A stretch of DNA of 64,000 nucleotides from Thermodesulfobacteriota bacterium (GCA_965203965.1 CBDBDR010000017.1:704001-768000); one strand, 5' to 3'; numbered from the stretch's first letter, positions 51,896 to 63,375 are shown. Program-made: numbers and translations. Notes: generated by a model from the sequence alone, not told the origin.

Positions 51896-54800
51896 TTGAT
51901 AAGTACCACGGAAAAAATTCTTTCAGAAAAATCAAAAATCTCACGCCTGGACAGTATTATAAAGTCCCTGCAAAACAATTCAAAAAATCTCACTGTCTCA
52001 GGTCTTAAAGGCGCGTCTCGGTATTTTCTTGCGGATTTCATAAGCAGACTTTTGAACAGACCTTATATTTATGTATTCAACTCACTTACAGAGGGAAAAA
52101 CAATCTCAAAAAGCCTGAGCTTTTTCAATGGAAAAGATATAAGGACATTCAGGCAAAAAAAACCTCTGAGAAAATCAATTATTGACAACCACGCTGACGA
52201 CCACAGACATCAAAGAATTAGCACACTCATATCTGCAATAAACAGTCAATCGCTTTGTGCAGAAGTAAGATCGTTGTTTGATCCTGTAATACCGAAAGAA
52301 ACTCTCAGTAACAGTGTTACCCAGCTAAAGGTAAATGATGAAATTGAACGAGATGGACTTATTACCAAATTGGATAAGTATGGATACAAGAAAAATGATC
52401 TTGTAAATGCTCCGTGTCAAATAAGCATAAGGGGAGCAATTATTGACCTGTATTCCCCCGGAGACCATAATCCCGTCAGGATTGAATATGAAGGTGACAG
52501 GATAAGATCTCTCAGATATTTTTCTCTCAAATCGCAAAAATCTTTTGAAAAAATCCAATTCGTAAACTTATACCCTGCCAGTGAGTTCATTCCTGACGAT
52601 GATATTGACATCTTGTGTAATAAGATCATGGAGATTGAAAAGCAGGGGAAAATTACAGAAACATTAAAAAACAGCTTTCTTAAATTATTGGAAAATAAAA
52701 CTTACACGGCCAATTTGGAGCAATTAATACCTTTCATCTACGATGAAAGTGAGAGCATTTTGGATTTTTTGGACGAAAGCTACCTTGTATTTCTAGAATT
52801 AACAAATGACCTTGAAGACGAATATAAATCAGCTTTTCAGATAACTAATAAAAACACGTTTGATCCAGAAGGATTTCATAAACTCTCACACGATCTTGAA
52901 CAACTTTATATCACTCCAGATAAAATAAAGGAAAAATTAAAAAGATTTCAGGTCGTAAAAATCAACGACTTTATAACGCTCTCGAAAAATCACTTTAAAT
53001 TTCGGTCACGCACTTCCAGATTACAACCTTCAGAGGTTAAAACACCTGTCCAGAATCTGGTAGAAACCATAAATAATCTCTTAAAAAATAATTTTGATAT
53101 CTTGCTTGTTTCATACAACGAGAATGAGCAGAACAAATTAAAGGAATTGCTGTCAGATTACAACATTCAAAAATTAAACTACTGCGTCGGTAGTATGGAA
53201 AACGGTTTTATACTGGAAGATCTGAAACTCGCCGTTTTTTGTGAAAACGATTTTTCGGAAAAAAAAGGAAAAAATAAGCTCACGGGCAGCAATCCTTACA
53301 AGGAAATCTCATCAGCCTTCATATCTAAATTCAGCGAGTTGAAATTCGGGGATTTTATCGTGCATAGAAATTTTGGAATAGGTATTTACAATGGCTTGAA
53401 AAAATTGAAAGTGGGTGAAAGGGAATGCGATTTCCTTGAGTGCGAATATAGAGATGAGGATAAAATATTTGTCCCCGTGGAAAATCTGAAACTGGTTCAG
53501 AAATATATAGGAGACAATAAAAAACCTTCCATTGACAAATTGAACAGCAATAATTGGAAAAAAACGGTAAAAAAAGTAAAAAAAGCCGTAAATAACATAG
53601 CTAAAGAGTTACTTGACCTATACGCAAAAAGAAAAACCATAAGAGGTTTCAACTTTTCCAGACGAGATCAGTTGTTTAAAGAATTTGAGATGGAATTCGG
53701 TTTTGAAGAAACAGCCGATCAATCCAGAGCAATTGAAGACGTGGTCTCAGACATGGAAAAATCCAAACCAATGGATCGTTTAATATGCGGAGATCCAGGA
53801 TTTGGTAAAACTGAAATAGCCTTACGAGCCTCATTCAAGGCAGCTATGGATAGTAAGCAAACCGCGTTTTTAGTGCCTACAACGTTGCTTGCCAGTCAGC
53901 ACTATGATAATTTCAAACGACGACTGAAAAACTACCCAGTAAACACGGAGGTAATCTCTCGTTTCAAAACTGCCGCGGAATCAAGAAACATACTCAATCA
54001 ATTAAACAGCGGGATTATAGATATCATCATAGGCACTCATAAACTGCTCGGTGAGAAAATAAAATTTAAGAACCTCGGACTTGTTATAATAGACGAGGAG
54101 CATAAATTCGGCGTTAGACATAAAGAAAAACTGAAACTAATATCAAACGGGGTGGATGTGTTGTCTTTGTCTGCTACTCCCATACCGAGATCGCTACAAC
54201 TTTCCCTTGCAAAAATCAGGGATATAAGCATTGTTAGTACTCCACCTATGGGAAGAATACCGGTAAGCGTCTATGTGAATAACTACAGCAGAGAAATCAT
54301 CAGGGAAGCCGTAATGAAAGAGCTTGAAAGGGGTGGGTCGGTATTTTTCATTAACAATAGAGTGGAAAACATATCGGAAGTAGCCGAAAATCTAAAAACA
54401 CTTATACCCGAAGCATCAATCGGGGTAACCCACGGCAGAATGAATGAAAAAACCCTTGAAAATCAAATCTCCCTTTTTATAGATGGAGAGATCAACTTAC
54501 TTGTTACCACGGCAATAGTAGAATCTGGGCTGGACATATCACGGGCAAACACGATCATCGTAAATGATGCACACAAGTTCGGTTTAGCTGATCTCTACCA
54601 GTTAAAAGGAAGGGTCGGCAGGGGAAATATAAAAGCGGATGCATATTTTCTGGTTCCATCAATCAATAAACTCTCAGTAGACGCGAGGAAAAGACTAACA
54701 AAACTTACTGAACTGCAGGATTTGGGGACAGGGTTTCAATTTGCATTGTCCGATTTGGAGATTAGAGGGGCAGGTAGTCTATTTGGAGAAGAGCAATCAG

Positions 54801-55288
54801 GAACAATTTCAGGGATAGGTCTGGAACTTTATCTGGAAATGCTACAAAAAGCTGTAGGAGATTTAAGCAAAAATACACAAACTGAAGATTATGAACCGGA
54901 AATAAAAACTTATGAAAGCGCCTTTATTCCCTCAACATACATGGAAAATAATTCAGAGAAACTTTACTATTACAAAAGGCTCTCGTCTTACAATACTTCA
55001 AAAGAGTTAAAGGAAATAAAAAAGGAAATCATAGACAGATTCGGGAAACTCCCTGAAGAACTAAAAACATTAATAAGAATCATTGAACTGAAACTCAAGA
55101 TAAAAAAACTCCGAATACTAAAGCTGGAAATACAAAAGAACCATGCACTCTTTATCTTCAAGGATAAATCCCTTCTACATAAAAAATCCGGGACTTCTTT
55201 GAAAATAAAAATACACTATGAAGAAAAAAACAAGTATACCGAGATTCAAAAAAAACTCCGGCAATTAAATGAAAAATTTAACCATTGA
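51896..55288 (+). CDS. mfd: Transcription-repair coupling factor
   Basis: UvrB-like N-domain, RID, GDPGFGKT, DEEH, SATPIPR, DLEIRGAG, TRCF tail. Confidence 0.97.
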   Translation: MISTTEKILSEKSKISRLDSIIKSLQNNSKNLTVSGLKGASRYFLADFISRLLNRPYIYVFNSLTEGKTISKSLSFFNGKDIRTFRQKKPLRKSIIDNHADDHRHQRISTLISAINSQSLCAEVRSLFDPVIPKETLSNSVTQLKVNDEIERDGLITKLDKYGYKKNDLVNAPCQISIRGAIIDLYSPGDHNPVRIEYEGDRIRSLRYFSLKSQKSFEKIQFVNLYPASEFIPDDDIDILCNKIMEIEKQGKITETLKNSFLKLLENKTYTANLEQLIPFIYDESESILDFLDESYLVFLELTNDLEDEYKSAFQITNKNTFDPEGFHKLSHDLEQLYITPDKIKEKLKRFQVVKINDFITLSKNHFKFRSRTSRLQPSEVKTPVQNLVETINNLLKNNFDILLVSYNENEQNKLKELLSDYNIQKLNYCVGSMENGFILEDLKLAVFCENDFSEKKGKNKLTGSNPYKEISSAFISKFSELKFGDFIVHRNFGIGIYNGLKKLKVGERECDFLECEYRDEDKIFVPVENLKLVQKYIGDNKKPSIDKLNSNNWKKTVKKVKKAVNNIAKELLDLYAKRKTIRGFNFSRRDQLFKEFEMEFGFEETADQSRAIEDVVSDMEKSKPMDRLICGDPGFGKTEIALRASFKAAMDSKQTAFLVPTTLLASQHYDNFKRRLKNYPVNTEVISRFKTAAESRNILNQLNSGIIDIIIGTHKLLGEKIKFKNLGLVIIDEEHKFGVRHKEKLKLISNGVDVLSLSATPIPRSLQLSLAKIRDISIVSTPPMGRIPVSVYVNNYSREIIREAVMKELERGGSVFFINNRVENISEVAENLKTLIPEASIGVTHGRMNEKTLENQISLFIDGEINLLVTTAIVESGLDISRANTIIVNDAHKFGLADLYQLKGRVGRGNIKADAYFLVPSINKLSVDARKRLTKLTELQDLGTGFQFALSDLEIRGAGSLFGEEQSGTISGIGLELYLEMLQKAVGDLSKNTQTEDYEPEIKTYESAFIPSTYMENNSEKLYYYKRLSSYNTSKELKEIKKEIIDRFGKLPEELKTLIRIIELKLKIKKLRILKLEIQKNHALFIFKDKSLLHKKSGTSLKIKIHYEEKNKYTEIQKKLRQLNEKFNH

Positions 55289-55346
55289 TGAAAAATCAAC
55301 ACTGGATACTTTTAACATTAAATATTTTAAAAAAGGAGCAAAACTG

Positions 55347-56273
55347 ATGAACATATTATCAAACTGCTTGATGATCGCTTTTATAATTTCAGTTGCAAGC
55401 TTGAATGCAGTCGCACGCGAACGGGTGGACAGTGTCGTCGCGGTTGTCAATGATAAAATCATAACTCAGACTGAGTATGAAGAAGAAGCAAGACTGCACG
55501 GTGTCAATATTGCAAGCCCTGAAAACAAAACTGACTTTCTGGAACAGATCATACACAGGACAATAATTGAACAGGAAGCAAAAAAGGCAGGAATAGCTGT
55601 AACCGACGCAGAGGTGGAGCAAAAAATTAAAGAATTACAGTCGCATTACAATATGAATAAGGAAGAGATGGAAAAGAAGATCAAAGAACAGAATATGACA
55701 GAAGCAGGTATGCGGAAACAGTGGAAATTTCAAATTATTACAGAAAAACTCATTCAAAGAAAAATCAAAGGCAACATAACTGTAACTGACGAGGAAGTCC
55801 GGGATTATTACAAGCAAGTATATGGCAAACTTGAAGAAGGCAGTGTAAATGAAACTGAGATTGCACATATACTGATACTCCAAGACTCTCCAGACGCAAA
55901 GCAAAAGGCTTTACAAATAACGACCGAAGCTAAGAATGGAGGTAATTTTGCCCAGATGGCAAAACAATACTCACAAGATGCAATGTCTGCACCGAATGGA
56001 GGAGTGCTGGGGTATTTTAAAAAGGGAGACTTAGTGGAATCACTTGAAGTGGCAATTCAAGACGCAACGGTAAATGAAATTGTTGGTCCAGTGGAATCCC
56101 CAGGAGGTTATCATATAATTAAAATCTTGAACAGGAAAAATGCCAAAAACGGCATATCAGAACAATATGCCAACGAAATAAAAGCCACCATTTACAGTAA
56201 GAAGGCTGAAGAGATACTGAAGAACTACACAACGGAAGTCAAAAATTCGGCTTTTATTGAAAGAAAGCTATAA
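55347..56273 (+). CDS. surA: SurA-like parvulin peptidylprolyl isomerase
   Basis: Signal peptide, [17 protein letters not shown]...FAQMAKQYS...GGVLG...GYHII; ATG 55347 has an AAGGAG RBS. Confidence 0.85.
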   Translation: MNILSNCLMIAFIISVASLNAVARERVDSVVAVVNDKIITQTEYEEEARLHGVNIASPENKTDFLEQIIHRTIIEQEAKKAGIAVTDAEVEQKIKELQSHYNMNKEEMEKKIKEQNMTEAGMRKQWKFQIITEKLIQRKIKGNITVTDEEVRDYYKQVYGKLEEGSVNETEIAHILILQDSPDAKQKALQITTEAKNGGNFAQMAKQYSQDAMSAPNGGVLGYFKKGDLVESLEVAIQDATVNEIVGPVESPGGYHIIKILNRKNAKNGISEQYANEIKATIYSKKAEEILKNYTTEVKNSAFIERKL

Positions 56274-59171
56274 TGACGTGTTATACTCATCCAACGGGGG
56301 ACAAGTGCAAACAAGATTTCTATCACCAAAGACGTTGTCAATTCTACCCACAGAAGGCCAAAACTTACCTTCACGGAGAGAGTTTAGTGGGTAACAGGCT
56401 TTTTCCCTGGAATAAGCATGATTCCAAACCGACGAGACAAGGGAATCTATTGTGTGGGGAGAGTTCTTTAAAACATTATCATCTCTTGGAAATTTACTAC
56501 TTTCTATCTCTTCAATTTCCTTTCTTATCTCTATCAATGCACTACAAAATCTGTCCAATTCTTCTTTGGATTCACTCTCGGTCGGCTCGATCATCAGTGT
56601 TCCCGGCACGGGCCATGACATAGTCGGGGCATGGAAACCATAATCCATTAATCTCTTGGCAATATCTTCCACGTCAATATTGCATCTTTTCTTAAATCCC
56701 CTGAAATCTAGTATAAACTCATGTGCAACCCGTCCGTTTTCACCTTCGTAAAGCACGAGATAATGCTTTTCAAGTCTGTTCTTGAGATAGTTTGCGTTAA
56801 GAATGGCATATCTGGTTGCATCTGTTATTCCTCTGGAGCCAAGCATTCTAATATAAGCATAAGATATAAGAAGGATACTTGCACTCCCCCATGGAGCCGA
56901 ACTGACAGCATAAATTGCCTGATTTCCTGTGCCATTATCAACTAAAGAGTGTCCTGGTAAAAACGGGGAAAGATGTTTTGCCACGCATATAGGTCCCATA
57001 CCCGGACCGCCTCCACCATGTGGAATGCTGAAAGTTTTGTGCAGGTTAACATGACAAATATCAGCACCTATAATAGAGGGTTTTGTCAGACCAACTTGTG
57101 CGTTCAAATTTGCACCATCCATATAAACCTGTCCGCCATTCTTATGAACGGTATCACAAACTTCTCTGATGCTTCTTTCAAAAACACCGTGAGTAGATGG
57201 ATAAGTGATCATTATTGCAGAAAGATTATCTTTGTACCTGCTGCATTTCAGTCTGAGATCTTCAAGGTCTATACCACCAGTCCTGTCACACTTTATGACT
57301 ACCACTTTCATTCCTGCCAATACTGCACTGGCGGGATTGGTCCCGTGAGCAGAAGACGGCACAAATACCACTTCTCTGTTACCTTCATCACAACTGCGAT
57401 GATATTCCCTTATGACTTTCAGACCGGCATACTCACCCTGTGCTCCTGAATTTGGTTGGAAGGAAACAGCAGAAAATCCTGAAATCTCACACAAGAAACT
57501 TTCCAGTTCATTAAATACTTGCTGGTATCCCTTTACCTGATCCAATGGAACAAAAGGATGAATCTCCGCAAATTCAGAAAAGCTCACTGGTAGCATTTCA
57601 GTTGTGGAATTCAATTTCATAGTGCATGAACCAAGTGGAATCATGGAATATACCAATGAAAGGTCTTTATTTTCCAAACTCTTTATATACCTGAGCATAT
57701 TTGTTTCGGACTTATTCACTTTGAATACCGGGTGATCAAGAAAATCAGATGTCCTAATTAATCCCGCGGGCAATCTTGTATCTTGATTTGCGCTTGATAA
57801 CTGTTTTAATCCGTTAACACCATCGGCAATGGCAAAAACATTTATTATATTCAAAATATCATCGTCTGTTGTCGTTTCATTCAAAGATATATAAACACTG
57901 TTCACACCGTATCTGAAGTTAATACAGTTGGATAAGGCTTCCTTGTGCAATTTTTCAAGAAAACCTTCTCTATCCGAGAGATCAATACACAACGTGTCAA
58001 AATAGTGATTGTTTGACTGCTTAAAACCCAGTCTTTTCAACTCCTCTTCAAGACACACCGTGTTTTTATGGATAGATAACGCTATATCTCTTAAACCCTC
58101 CTTTCCATGATATACACAATACATACTTGCCATTATTGCTAACAATGCCTGTGCCGTGCAAATGTTTGAAGTTGCATTTTCACGTCTTATGTGCTGTTCG
58201 CGGGTTTGTAAAGACATTCTGTATGCTTTCTTTTTATTTCTATCAACTGAGACCCCTATAACTCTCCCGGGTATTTGCCTCTTAAACTCACTCCTTGTTG
58301 CAAAGTAAGCTGCATGTGGACCCCCATATCCTACCGGTACGCCAAACCTCTGTGTGGAACCAACAACAACGTCAGCTCCAAGCTCTCCAGGTGGAGTTAA
58401 AAGAGCAAGGCTCATAATATCTGCCGCTACAACCACAAGCGCGTCCAACTCATGCACTTTTTTAATAAAATCACTTATGTTATCAATATTCCCATAACTA
58501 TCAGGATATTGTAAAATGGCTCCGAAGGTATTTGTATCCAGTTTAATATCATTAAAATCCCCACTATAAAGTTCTATCCCAAGAGGTTCCGATCTTGATC
58601 TTAGAACCTCAATGGTTTGGGGAAAGCATTTTTCAGAAACAAAAAATTTATTTGCACCCTTGCTCACAAGGTTCTTATCTCGCGCTCTGTATGCCATTGT
58701 CATAGCTTCGGCAGCTGCCGTTCCCTCATCAAGCAATGAAGAATTAGCAAGCTCCATGCATGTTAAATCACAAACTACCGTTTGGAAGTTGAGGAGTGCT
58801 TCCAGCCTCCCCTGTGAAATCTCTGCCTGATAAGGAGTGTATTGGGTATACCAACCCGGATTCTCAAAGACATTTCTTAAAATCACGGTCGGGACAATAC
58901 AGTCATAATAGCCGAGCCCGATATAAGACTTGAATAAACGGTTCTTATTTGCAATTTCCCTTATATGTTTTATATATTCATGCTCAGATAAGGCAGTAGG
59001 CAAATCAAGTTCGCAGTTGTTTCTAATATCGGCAGGAACAGTTTGGTCAACTAATTCATCAAGAGAATCAACCTGCAAAACCTTTAGCATTTGCTTGGTT
59101 GCTTCCGCTGAAATACCTATATGTCTCGGAGCAAACTCACTAAGATAATTTGTTTTGTAAATACCAGACAT
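56268..59171 (-). CDS. gcvP: Glycine dehydrogenase (decarboxylating), P protein
   Basis: [36 protein letters not shown]. Confidence 0.98.
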   Translation of the reverse strand: MSGIYKTNYLSEFAPRHIGISAEATKQMLKVLQVDSLDELVDQTVPADIRNNCELDLPTALSEHEYIKHIREIANKNRLFKSYIGLGYYDCIVPTVILRNVFENPGWYTQYTPYQAEISQGRLEALLNFQTVVCDLTCMELANSSLLDEGTAAAEAMTMAYRARDKNLVSKGANKFFVSEKCFPQTIEVLRSRSEPLGIELYSGDFNDIKLDTNTFGAILQYPDSYGNIDNISDFIKKVHELDALVVVAADIMSLALLTPPGELGADVVVGSTQRFGVPVGYGGPHAAYFATRSEFKRQIPGRVIGVSVDRNKKKAYRMSLQTREQHIRRENATSNICTAQALLAIMASMYCVYHGKEGLRDIALSIHKNTVCLEEELKRLGFKQSNNHYFDTLCIDLSDREGFLEKLHKEALSNCINFRYGVNSVYISLNETTTDDDILNIINVFAIADGVNGLKQLSSANQDTRLPAGLIRTSDFLDHPVFKVNKSETNMLRYIKSLENKDLSLVYSMIPLGSCTMKLNSTTEMLPVSFSEFAEIHPFVPLDQVKGYQQVFNELESFLCEISGFSAVSFQPNSGAQGEYAGLKVIREYHRSCDEGNREVVFVPSSAHGTNPASAVLAGMKVVVIKCDRTGGIDLEDLRLKCSRYKDNLSAIMITYPSTHGVFERSIREVCDTVHKNGGQVYMDGANLNAQVGLTKPSIIGADICHVNLHKTFSIPHGGGGPGMGPICVAKHLSPFLPGHSLVDNGTGNQAIYAVSSAPWGSASILLISYAYIRMLGSRGITDATRYAILNANYLKNRLEKHYLVLYEGENGRVAHEFILDFRGFKKRCNIDVEDIAKRLMDYGFHAPTMSWPVPGTLMIEPTESESKEELDRFCSALIEIRKEIEEIESSKFPRDDNVLKNSPHTIDSLVSSVWNHAYSREKACYPLNSLREGKFWPSVGRIDNVFGDRNLVCTCPPLDEYNTSL

Positions 59172-59174
59172 TGC

Positions 59175-59582
59175 TCATTCCATCTCACTTTCAATAAAAT
59201 TGGTATAGTTTTCAGGTTCCATAAGATCGTTCATTTCTTGTGGATTATCCATCCTGACTTTAATTATCCAACCACTTTTGTATGGGTCTTCATTTATTTG
59301 TTCGGGAGATTTTGATAGAACCTCATTGACTTCTATAACTTCACCCGATACGGGGGAATATATAGCCGATACCGATTTGGTAGATTCCAAAGCACCAAAC
59401 GAATCACCTTTTGTAACTGCATCCCCTTCGCTGGGAAGTTCAATAAAAACTATTTCTCCGAGTGATTCCTGGGCGTAATCGGTAATGCCGATCTCAACCC
59501 AAACTCTCTTTTCCTTATCATCTCCGGTCCTGACCCACTCGTGATTTTCCGTGTATTTCAGATCGCTTGGAACATCAAGCAT
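59175..59582 (-). CDS. gcvH: Glycine cleavage system H protein
   Basis: HEWV, GITDYAQ, ESTKSVS lipoyl lysine. Confidence 0.97.
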   Translation of the reverse strand: MLDVPSDLKYTENHEWVRTGDDKEKRVWVEIGITDYAQESLGEIVFIELPSEGDAVTKGDSFGALESTKSVSAIYSPVSGEVIEVNEVLSKSPEQINEDPYKSGWIIKVRMDNPQEMNDLMEPENYTNFIESEME

Positions 59583-59601
59583 CTATGACCCTCCCTAAAA
59601 C

Positions 59602-60684
59602 TTATTTCATGTAAAAAGGCAATGATACTATTTGGGCAACCCTTTTATTATTACGTATATCAACTGAGATTTCATTATTTTTCATCTTTGAGGAATTTAC
59701 AATTCCCAGTCCTATAAACTTATCGAGACTTGGTGAAAATGTGCCACTTGTCACAAATCCGGCAACCTCATCTTTTATGTATATTTCATAACCGTGCCGC
59801 GGAAAACCCTTGTCAATCATCTCAAAAGCCACCTGTTTTCTACCAAATCCAGTTTTTACATACTCCTCTAGAACTTTCTTGCCGATAAACTGCTTTTTAT
59901 TCAACTTTACATATTTATCCAATCCTGCCTCCAGGGGATTTATATCCTCATCAATTTCAAAACCGTAAAGGCTATATCCCATTTCAAGCCTCAAAGTATC
60001 TCTTGAACCCAAGCCACACAACAGGAGATCATCTCCTCCCTCCTCCTGTATCTCAATCCACAACTGAGGTGCGTTGTTCCATGGAAGATATATTTCAAAG
60101 CCATCTTCTCCAGTGTAACCAGTCCTTGAAACAAGGAGTTGTAGCTCACCCCATTTGATCTCCTGAAAATGAAACCTTTTGATCGTTTCTGTTTTGTTTC
60201 CAAGAACTTTTTTTATTATTTCAATCGACTTTGGACCTTGCAAAGCGAGCTGTGAATAGGAAGAACTGACATTATGAATCTCTACATCAAAATGACCACT
60301 GTTATCAATTATCCAATTAAAGTCTTTATTTGTATTTACAGCATTAACGCAAAGCAATAATTTATTAGTATTAATCCTGTATATCAACAGATCATCTATG
60401 ACTCCACCCTTATTGTCACACATTAGTGAATACTGGACTTGATTGTCTTTGATTTTTGATAGGTCATTAGTAGTCAGAAACTGGCATAAATCCAGAGCAT
60501 CATTCCCAGTAATCAGTATCTCTCCCATGTGACTGACGTCAAATAACCCCGCACTCTTTCTGACCCCAATATTCTCTTGCTTAATCCCTGTATAGAAAAC
60601 AGGCATTTGCCAACCTGCGTAGTCAACAATCTTTGCATTATTTGCCTTATGAATATCGTATAGGGAGGTTTTTGATATTTGCAT
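59602..60684 (-). CDS. gcvT: Glycine cleavage system aminomethyltransferase T
   Basis: FDVSHMG, SRTGYTGEDGFE, RDTLRLEMG. Confidence 0.97.
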   Translation of the reverse strand: MQISKTSLYDIHKANNAKIVDYAGWQMPVFYTGIKQENIGVRKSAGLFDVSHMGEILITGNDALDLCQFLTTNDLSKIKDNQVQYSLMCDNKGGVIDDLLIYRINTNKLLLCVNAVNTNKDFNWIIDNSGHFDVEIHNVSSSYSQLALQGPKSIEIIKKVLGNKTETIKRFHFQEIKWGELQLLVSRTGYTGEDGFEIYLPWNNAPQLWIEIQEEGGDDLLLCGLGSRDTLRLEMGYSLYGFEIDEDINPLEAGLDKYVKLNKKQFIGKKVLEEYVKTGFGRKQVAFEMIDKGFPRHGYEIYIKDEVAGFVTSGTFSPSLDKFIGLGIVNSSKMKNNEISVDIRNNKRVAQIVSLPFYMK

Positions 60685-60915
60685 TTTATACAGTGAAAAA
60701 ATCAGTAAGTTAAAATGAAATTGTTAATTTAAAGTATATCTAAATTAACTTCCTATAGGAAAACACTAAACCCGGAGCAAAGGATTCATTTAAGAAATTC
60801 CATAAACTCCAATTAAAATAGTTCTGATCTAAATTGCCAATAAAAGAAAAGAAACAAACGACGTTTTAAGGATAGAAACCAAGACCACATAATAAGCAAT
60901 CAGCGATAAAACCAT

Positions 60916-61269
60916 TCAGCCATATTTTGCTTTTGAGGCTTCAACCACAGCTTTAAATCCCTCTGGATCTCTTATTGCCAATTCCGACAAAGATTTTCTG
61001 TCCAATTCAATACCCGATTTTTTCAAACCAGCAATAAACTTACTGTAGGACATATCAAACTGCCTGACTGCCGCGTTAATCCTCACAACCCAGAGTTTTC
61101 TAAACTCTCTCTTTTTCTGCTTCCTGTCTCTGTAGGCAAAAGCAAAAGCCCTTCTTAAAGTTTCTTTCGCTCGACGTAAATTGTTTTTCCTTCTTCCCCA
61201 GTATCCTTTGGCAAGTTTTAGTATCCTTTTCCTTCTCTTTCTGGATGCTACACTTTTTTTAACTCTCAT
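60916..61269 (-). CDS. rplT: 50S ribosomal protein L20
   Basis: MRVKK...AKGYWG...YRDRKQKKREFRKLWVVRINAA. Confidence 0.98.
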   Translation of the reverse strand: MRVKKSVASRKRRKRILKLAKGYWGRRKNNLRRAKETLRRAFAFAYRDRKQKKREFRKLWVVRINAAVRQFDMSYSKFIAGLKKSGIELDRKSLSELAIRDPEGFKAVVEASKAKYG

Positions 61270-61290
61270 AATAAACTACTCCTGTCCATT

Positions 61291-61494
61291 CTATTCATAA
61301 GGCAAATATTTTTTAATTCTTGCGGCACTTTTACCTTCCAAATAAACCCTCTCATTCAATCTTCTTTTCCTTTTTGAATCTTTTTTTAGATTCAAGTGAC
61401 TACCTCCACCTCTGTTCCTTTTTACTTTGCCACTTGCACTATGTTCAAATCTCTTTGCGGCACTCCTGTTTGTTTTCATTTTCACTTTTGACAT
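61291..61494 (-). CDS. rpmI: 50S ribosomal protein L35
   Basis: KMKTNRSAAKRF...LPY; ATG 61494 preferred. Confidence 0.95.
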   Translation of the reverse strand: MSKVKMKTNRSAAKRFEHSASGKVKRNRGGGSHLNLKKDSKRKRRLNERVYLEGKSAARIKKYLPYE

Positions 61495-61502
61495 CTCTTG
61501 CC

Positions 61503-62042
61503 TCAATTTTTCCTTGCCGGTGATAAAACCATGATTAAATTTTTACCTTCCAATTTAGGCTCAAACTCAATGCTTCCAAACTCCTTCAAACTTCCACAAA
61601 CTCTTTCAGCCAACTGTTTGCCAATGTCAGGATGCAGTATCTCTCTACCTCTGAAAAATATCCTAATTCTTGTTTTATGACCATTTTGAAGAAATTCTTT
61701 TATGTGATTCAGTTTTATGTTTAGATCACCAACTCCTATATTAGGTCTCAACTTAATCTCTTTAATTGTCTGTGCTTTCTGTTTTTTTGACGACTGGTTT
61801 TTTTTCAGCTCATATTTATACTTTCCATAATCCATCAACCTGCAAACTGGTGGATTTGCTTCCGGCGCTACTTCCACTAAATCAACCCCGTTTTCTCTGG
61901 CCTTTTCTAGAGCTTCCTGTGTTCTTACGACTCCCAGTTGTGAACCGTCAATATCAATAAGTCTTATCTCGGGCACCCTTATTCTTGAATTTATTCTGGA
62001 TTCCGGCACCCTAGACTGAGTTTTACCTCTATACCTTGCTAT
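61503..62042 (-). CDS. infC: Translation initiation factor IF-3 (probable ATA start)
   Basis: RINSRIR...DLVEVAP...PPVCRLMDYGKYKY...KEIKLRP. GGAGGT lies 9 nt before an in-frame ATA at 62042. Confidence 0.95.
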   Translation of the reverse strand: MARYRGKTQSRVPESRINSRIRVPEIRLIDIDGSQLGVVRTQEALEKARENGVDLVEVAPEANPPVCRLMDYGKYKYELKKNQSSKKQKAQTIKEIKLRPNIGVGDLNIKLNHIKEFLQNGHKTRIRIFFRGREILHPDIGKQLAERVCGSLKEFGSIEFEPKLEGKNLIMVLSPARKN

Positions 62043-62262
62043 GTTCCCATTACCTCCGACAATCAGTAAAATTCAGACTACTTTGTCCTCCCACAAAAAC
62101 CTAAGTATGTTTGTCCCATTTCATCTGTTACATACGAATTTATAAATGTGCGGTCCATTTTCTTGCTGAACTCTCGCAGATTTTGAATTTTACCATCTTA
62201 ATGATCCCCTGATAAAACTCACAGCAAATCTTTTATATCCTAATCTGAGAGTGAAGTTCATA

Positions 62263-63327
62263 CTATCGGTTTTCCCAGACAAAAATGTATGCCTGCATAT
62301 CCATTGAATCGACTGCTAAGTCCCCGAAAGAACTCGAATCAAACACCGCCTCCAAATCGCTTCCCTCATTGCCTAGCAAGAGTGCAGTTGCTTGGCTGAC
62401 TCTGTCTCTAACTTGTTCAAGCCTACCATCACCCATAGCATTTGGATTATTTCTATCCAGATAAATTCCCGAGCCTACAAAGTATTTTCCGTTATTGGAT
62501 CTCTTAAAATAGCTGAGCTTTGGTGGGTCACTCAAAGTATTTGGCTCACCAAGCTTTGGAAATCTATAAGCAGCCCAGACACCACTGTCTATCAAACTCT
62601 GATCAGTCATACCATTTATCTCATCTATTGCTTGCTTTGCAAATTCCCTTCCAAAATCATCCACAAGCATATAGATATCCCTATTTACTAGATCAGAGTT
62701 GGGGTGGCATGTAAGCACAGCCGATCCTTCTTCTAAGGTTCCCATAAACAGGTAGAGTTCCCCCATCTCACTATCAATTGGAGGTGTCAAAGACCCCAAT
62801 ACACTGGTTGCATATCTATCGCAAATTGCACCGTCAATACCAATCTGCGTGAGAATCGCTGAGTCGTCTGTGTTTTGATCTACTAGGGCGTTTATTTCAT
62901 CAGTAGATCTATCAACCAAGTTGCGAAGATTTTCAATCCTACCATCTGCTTTAACATTGGGGTTGTTAGAATCAAGACAGATACCTGCTCCAACAAAACG
63001 ATTGTCTGCTACTTTTTCTAAATACGAAACCTTATATGCACCACCGCAATCCGTTAGGTCCTCCTCCGCGTTTGATGACTCCAACCTGTAAGTAGCCCAT
63101 CCTGAATTATCTGTAACTTCCGAAAGCCTACCAAAAATATTTGCGCCCGTGCTATCCTCTAAATCTGTCACGTCGACCCCGTCGACCCCACTTCTTTCGG
63201 AATCAGGACGGAAAATTAGGAAAGTCCTCACACCATCATCTTGCTCACTATCACTATCATTATCACAAGAGATAAAATAAACAGATGTAAACATCATCAA
63301 CAAAACAACAAAAATTAGATTTCTCAT
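62263..63327 (-). CDS. Acidic lipoprotein with duplicated single-Cache-like domains
   Basis: Lipobox FISC (Cys21); YLFM...CHPN.DLVNRD...D.FG...WAAYRFPK...PKLSYFK...FVGSGIY resembles sCache_2; internal repeat. Confidence 0.75.
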   Translation of the reverse strand: MRNLIFVVLLMMFTSVYFISCDNDSDSEQDDGVRTFLIFRPDSERSGVDGVDVTDLEDSTGANIFGRLSEVTDNSGWATYRLESSNAEEDLTDCGGAYKVSYLEKVADNRFVGAGICLDSNNPNVKADGRIENLRNLVDRSTDEINALVDQNTDDSAILTQIGIDGAICDRYATSVLGSLTPPIDSEMGELYLFMGTLEEGSAVLTCHPNSDLVNRDIYMLVDDFGREFAKQAIDEINGMTDQSLIDSGVWAAYRFPKLGEPNTLSDPPKLSYFKRSNNGKYFVGSGIYLDRNNPNAMGDGRLEQVRDRVSQATALLLGNEGSDLEAVFDSSSFGDLAVDSMDMQAYIFVWENR

Positions 63328-63375
63328 AGTTAATAAACCCCCTCAATCAATTTAAGTTAGAATTTTATACTTTAT

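Noticed and set aside
60685..60915. Glycine riboswitch upstream of gcvT
   Set aside because: No GGAGA/CCGAAG/CTCTCAGG aptamer motifs on the minus strand.
62058..62262. L20 leader RNA upstream of infC
   Set aside because: Could not identify the conserved structure by eye; needs a covariance-model search.
63172..63189. GTCGACCCC tandem 9-mer
   Set aside because: In-frame two-copy microduplication (GVDGVD) in the lipoprotein gene; not an array.
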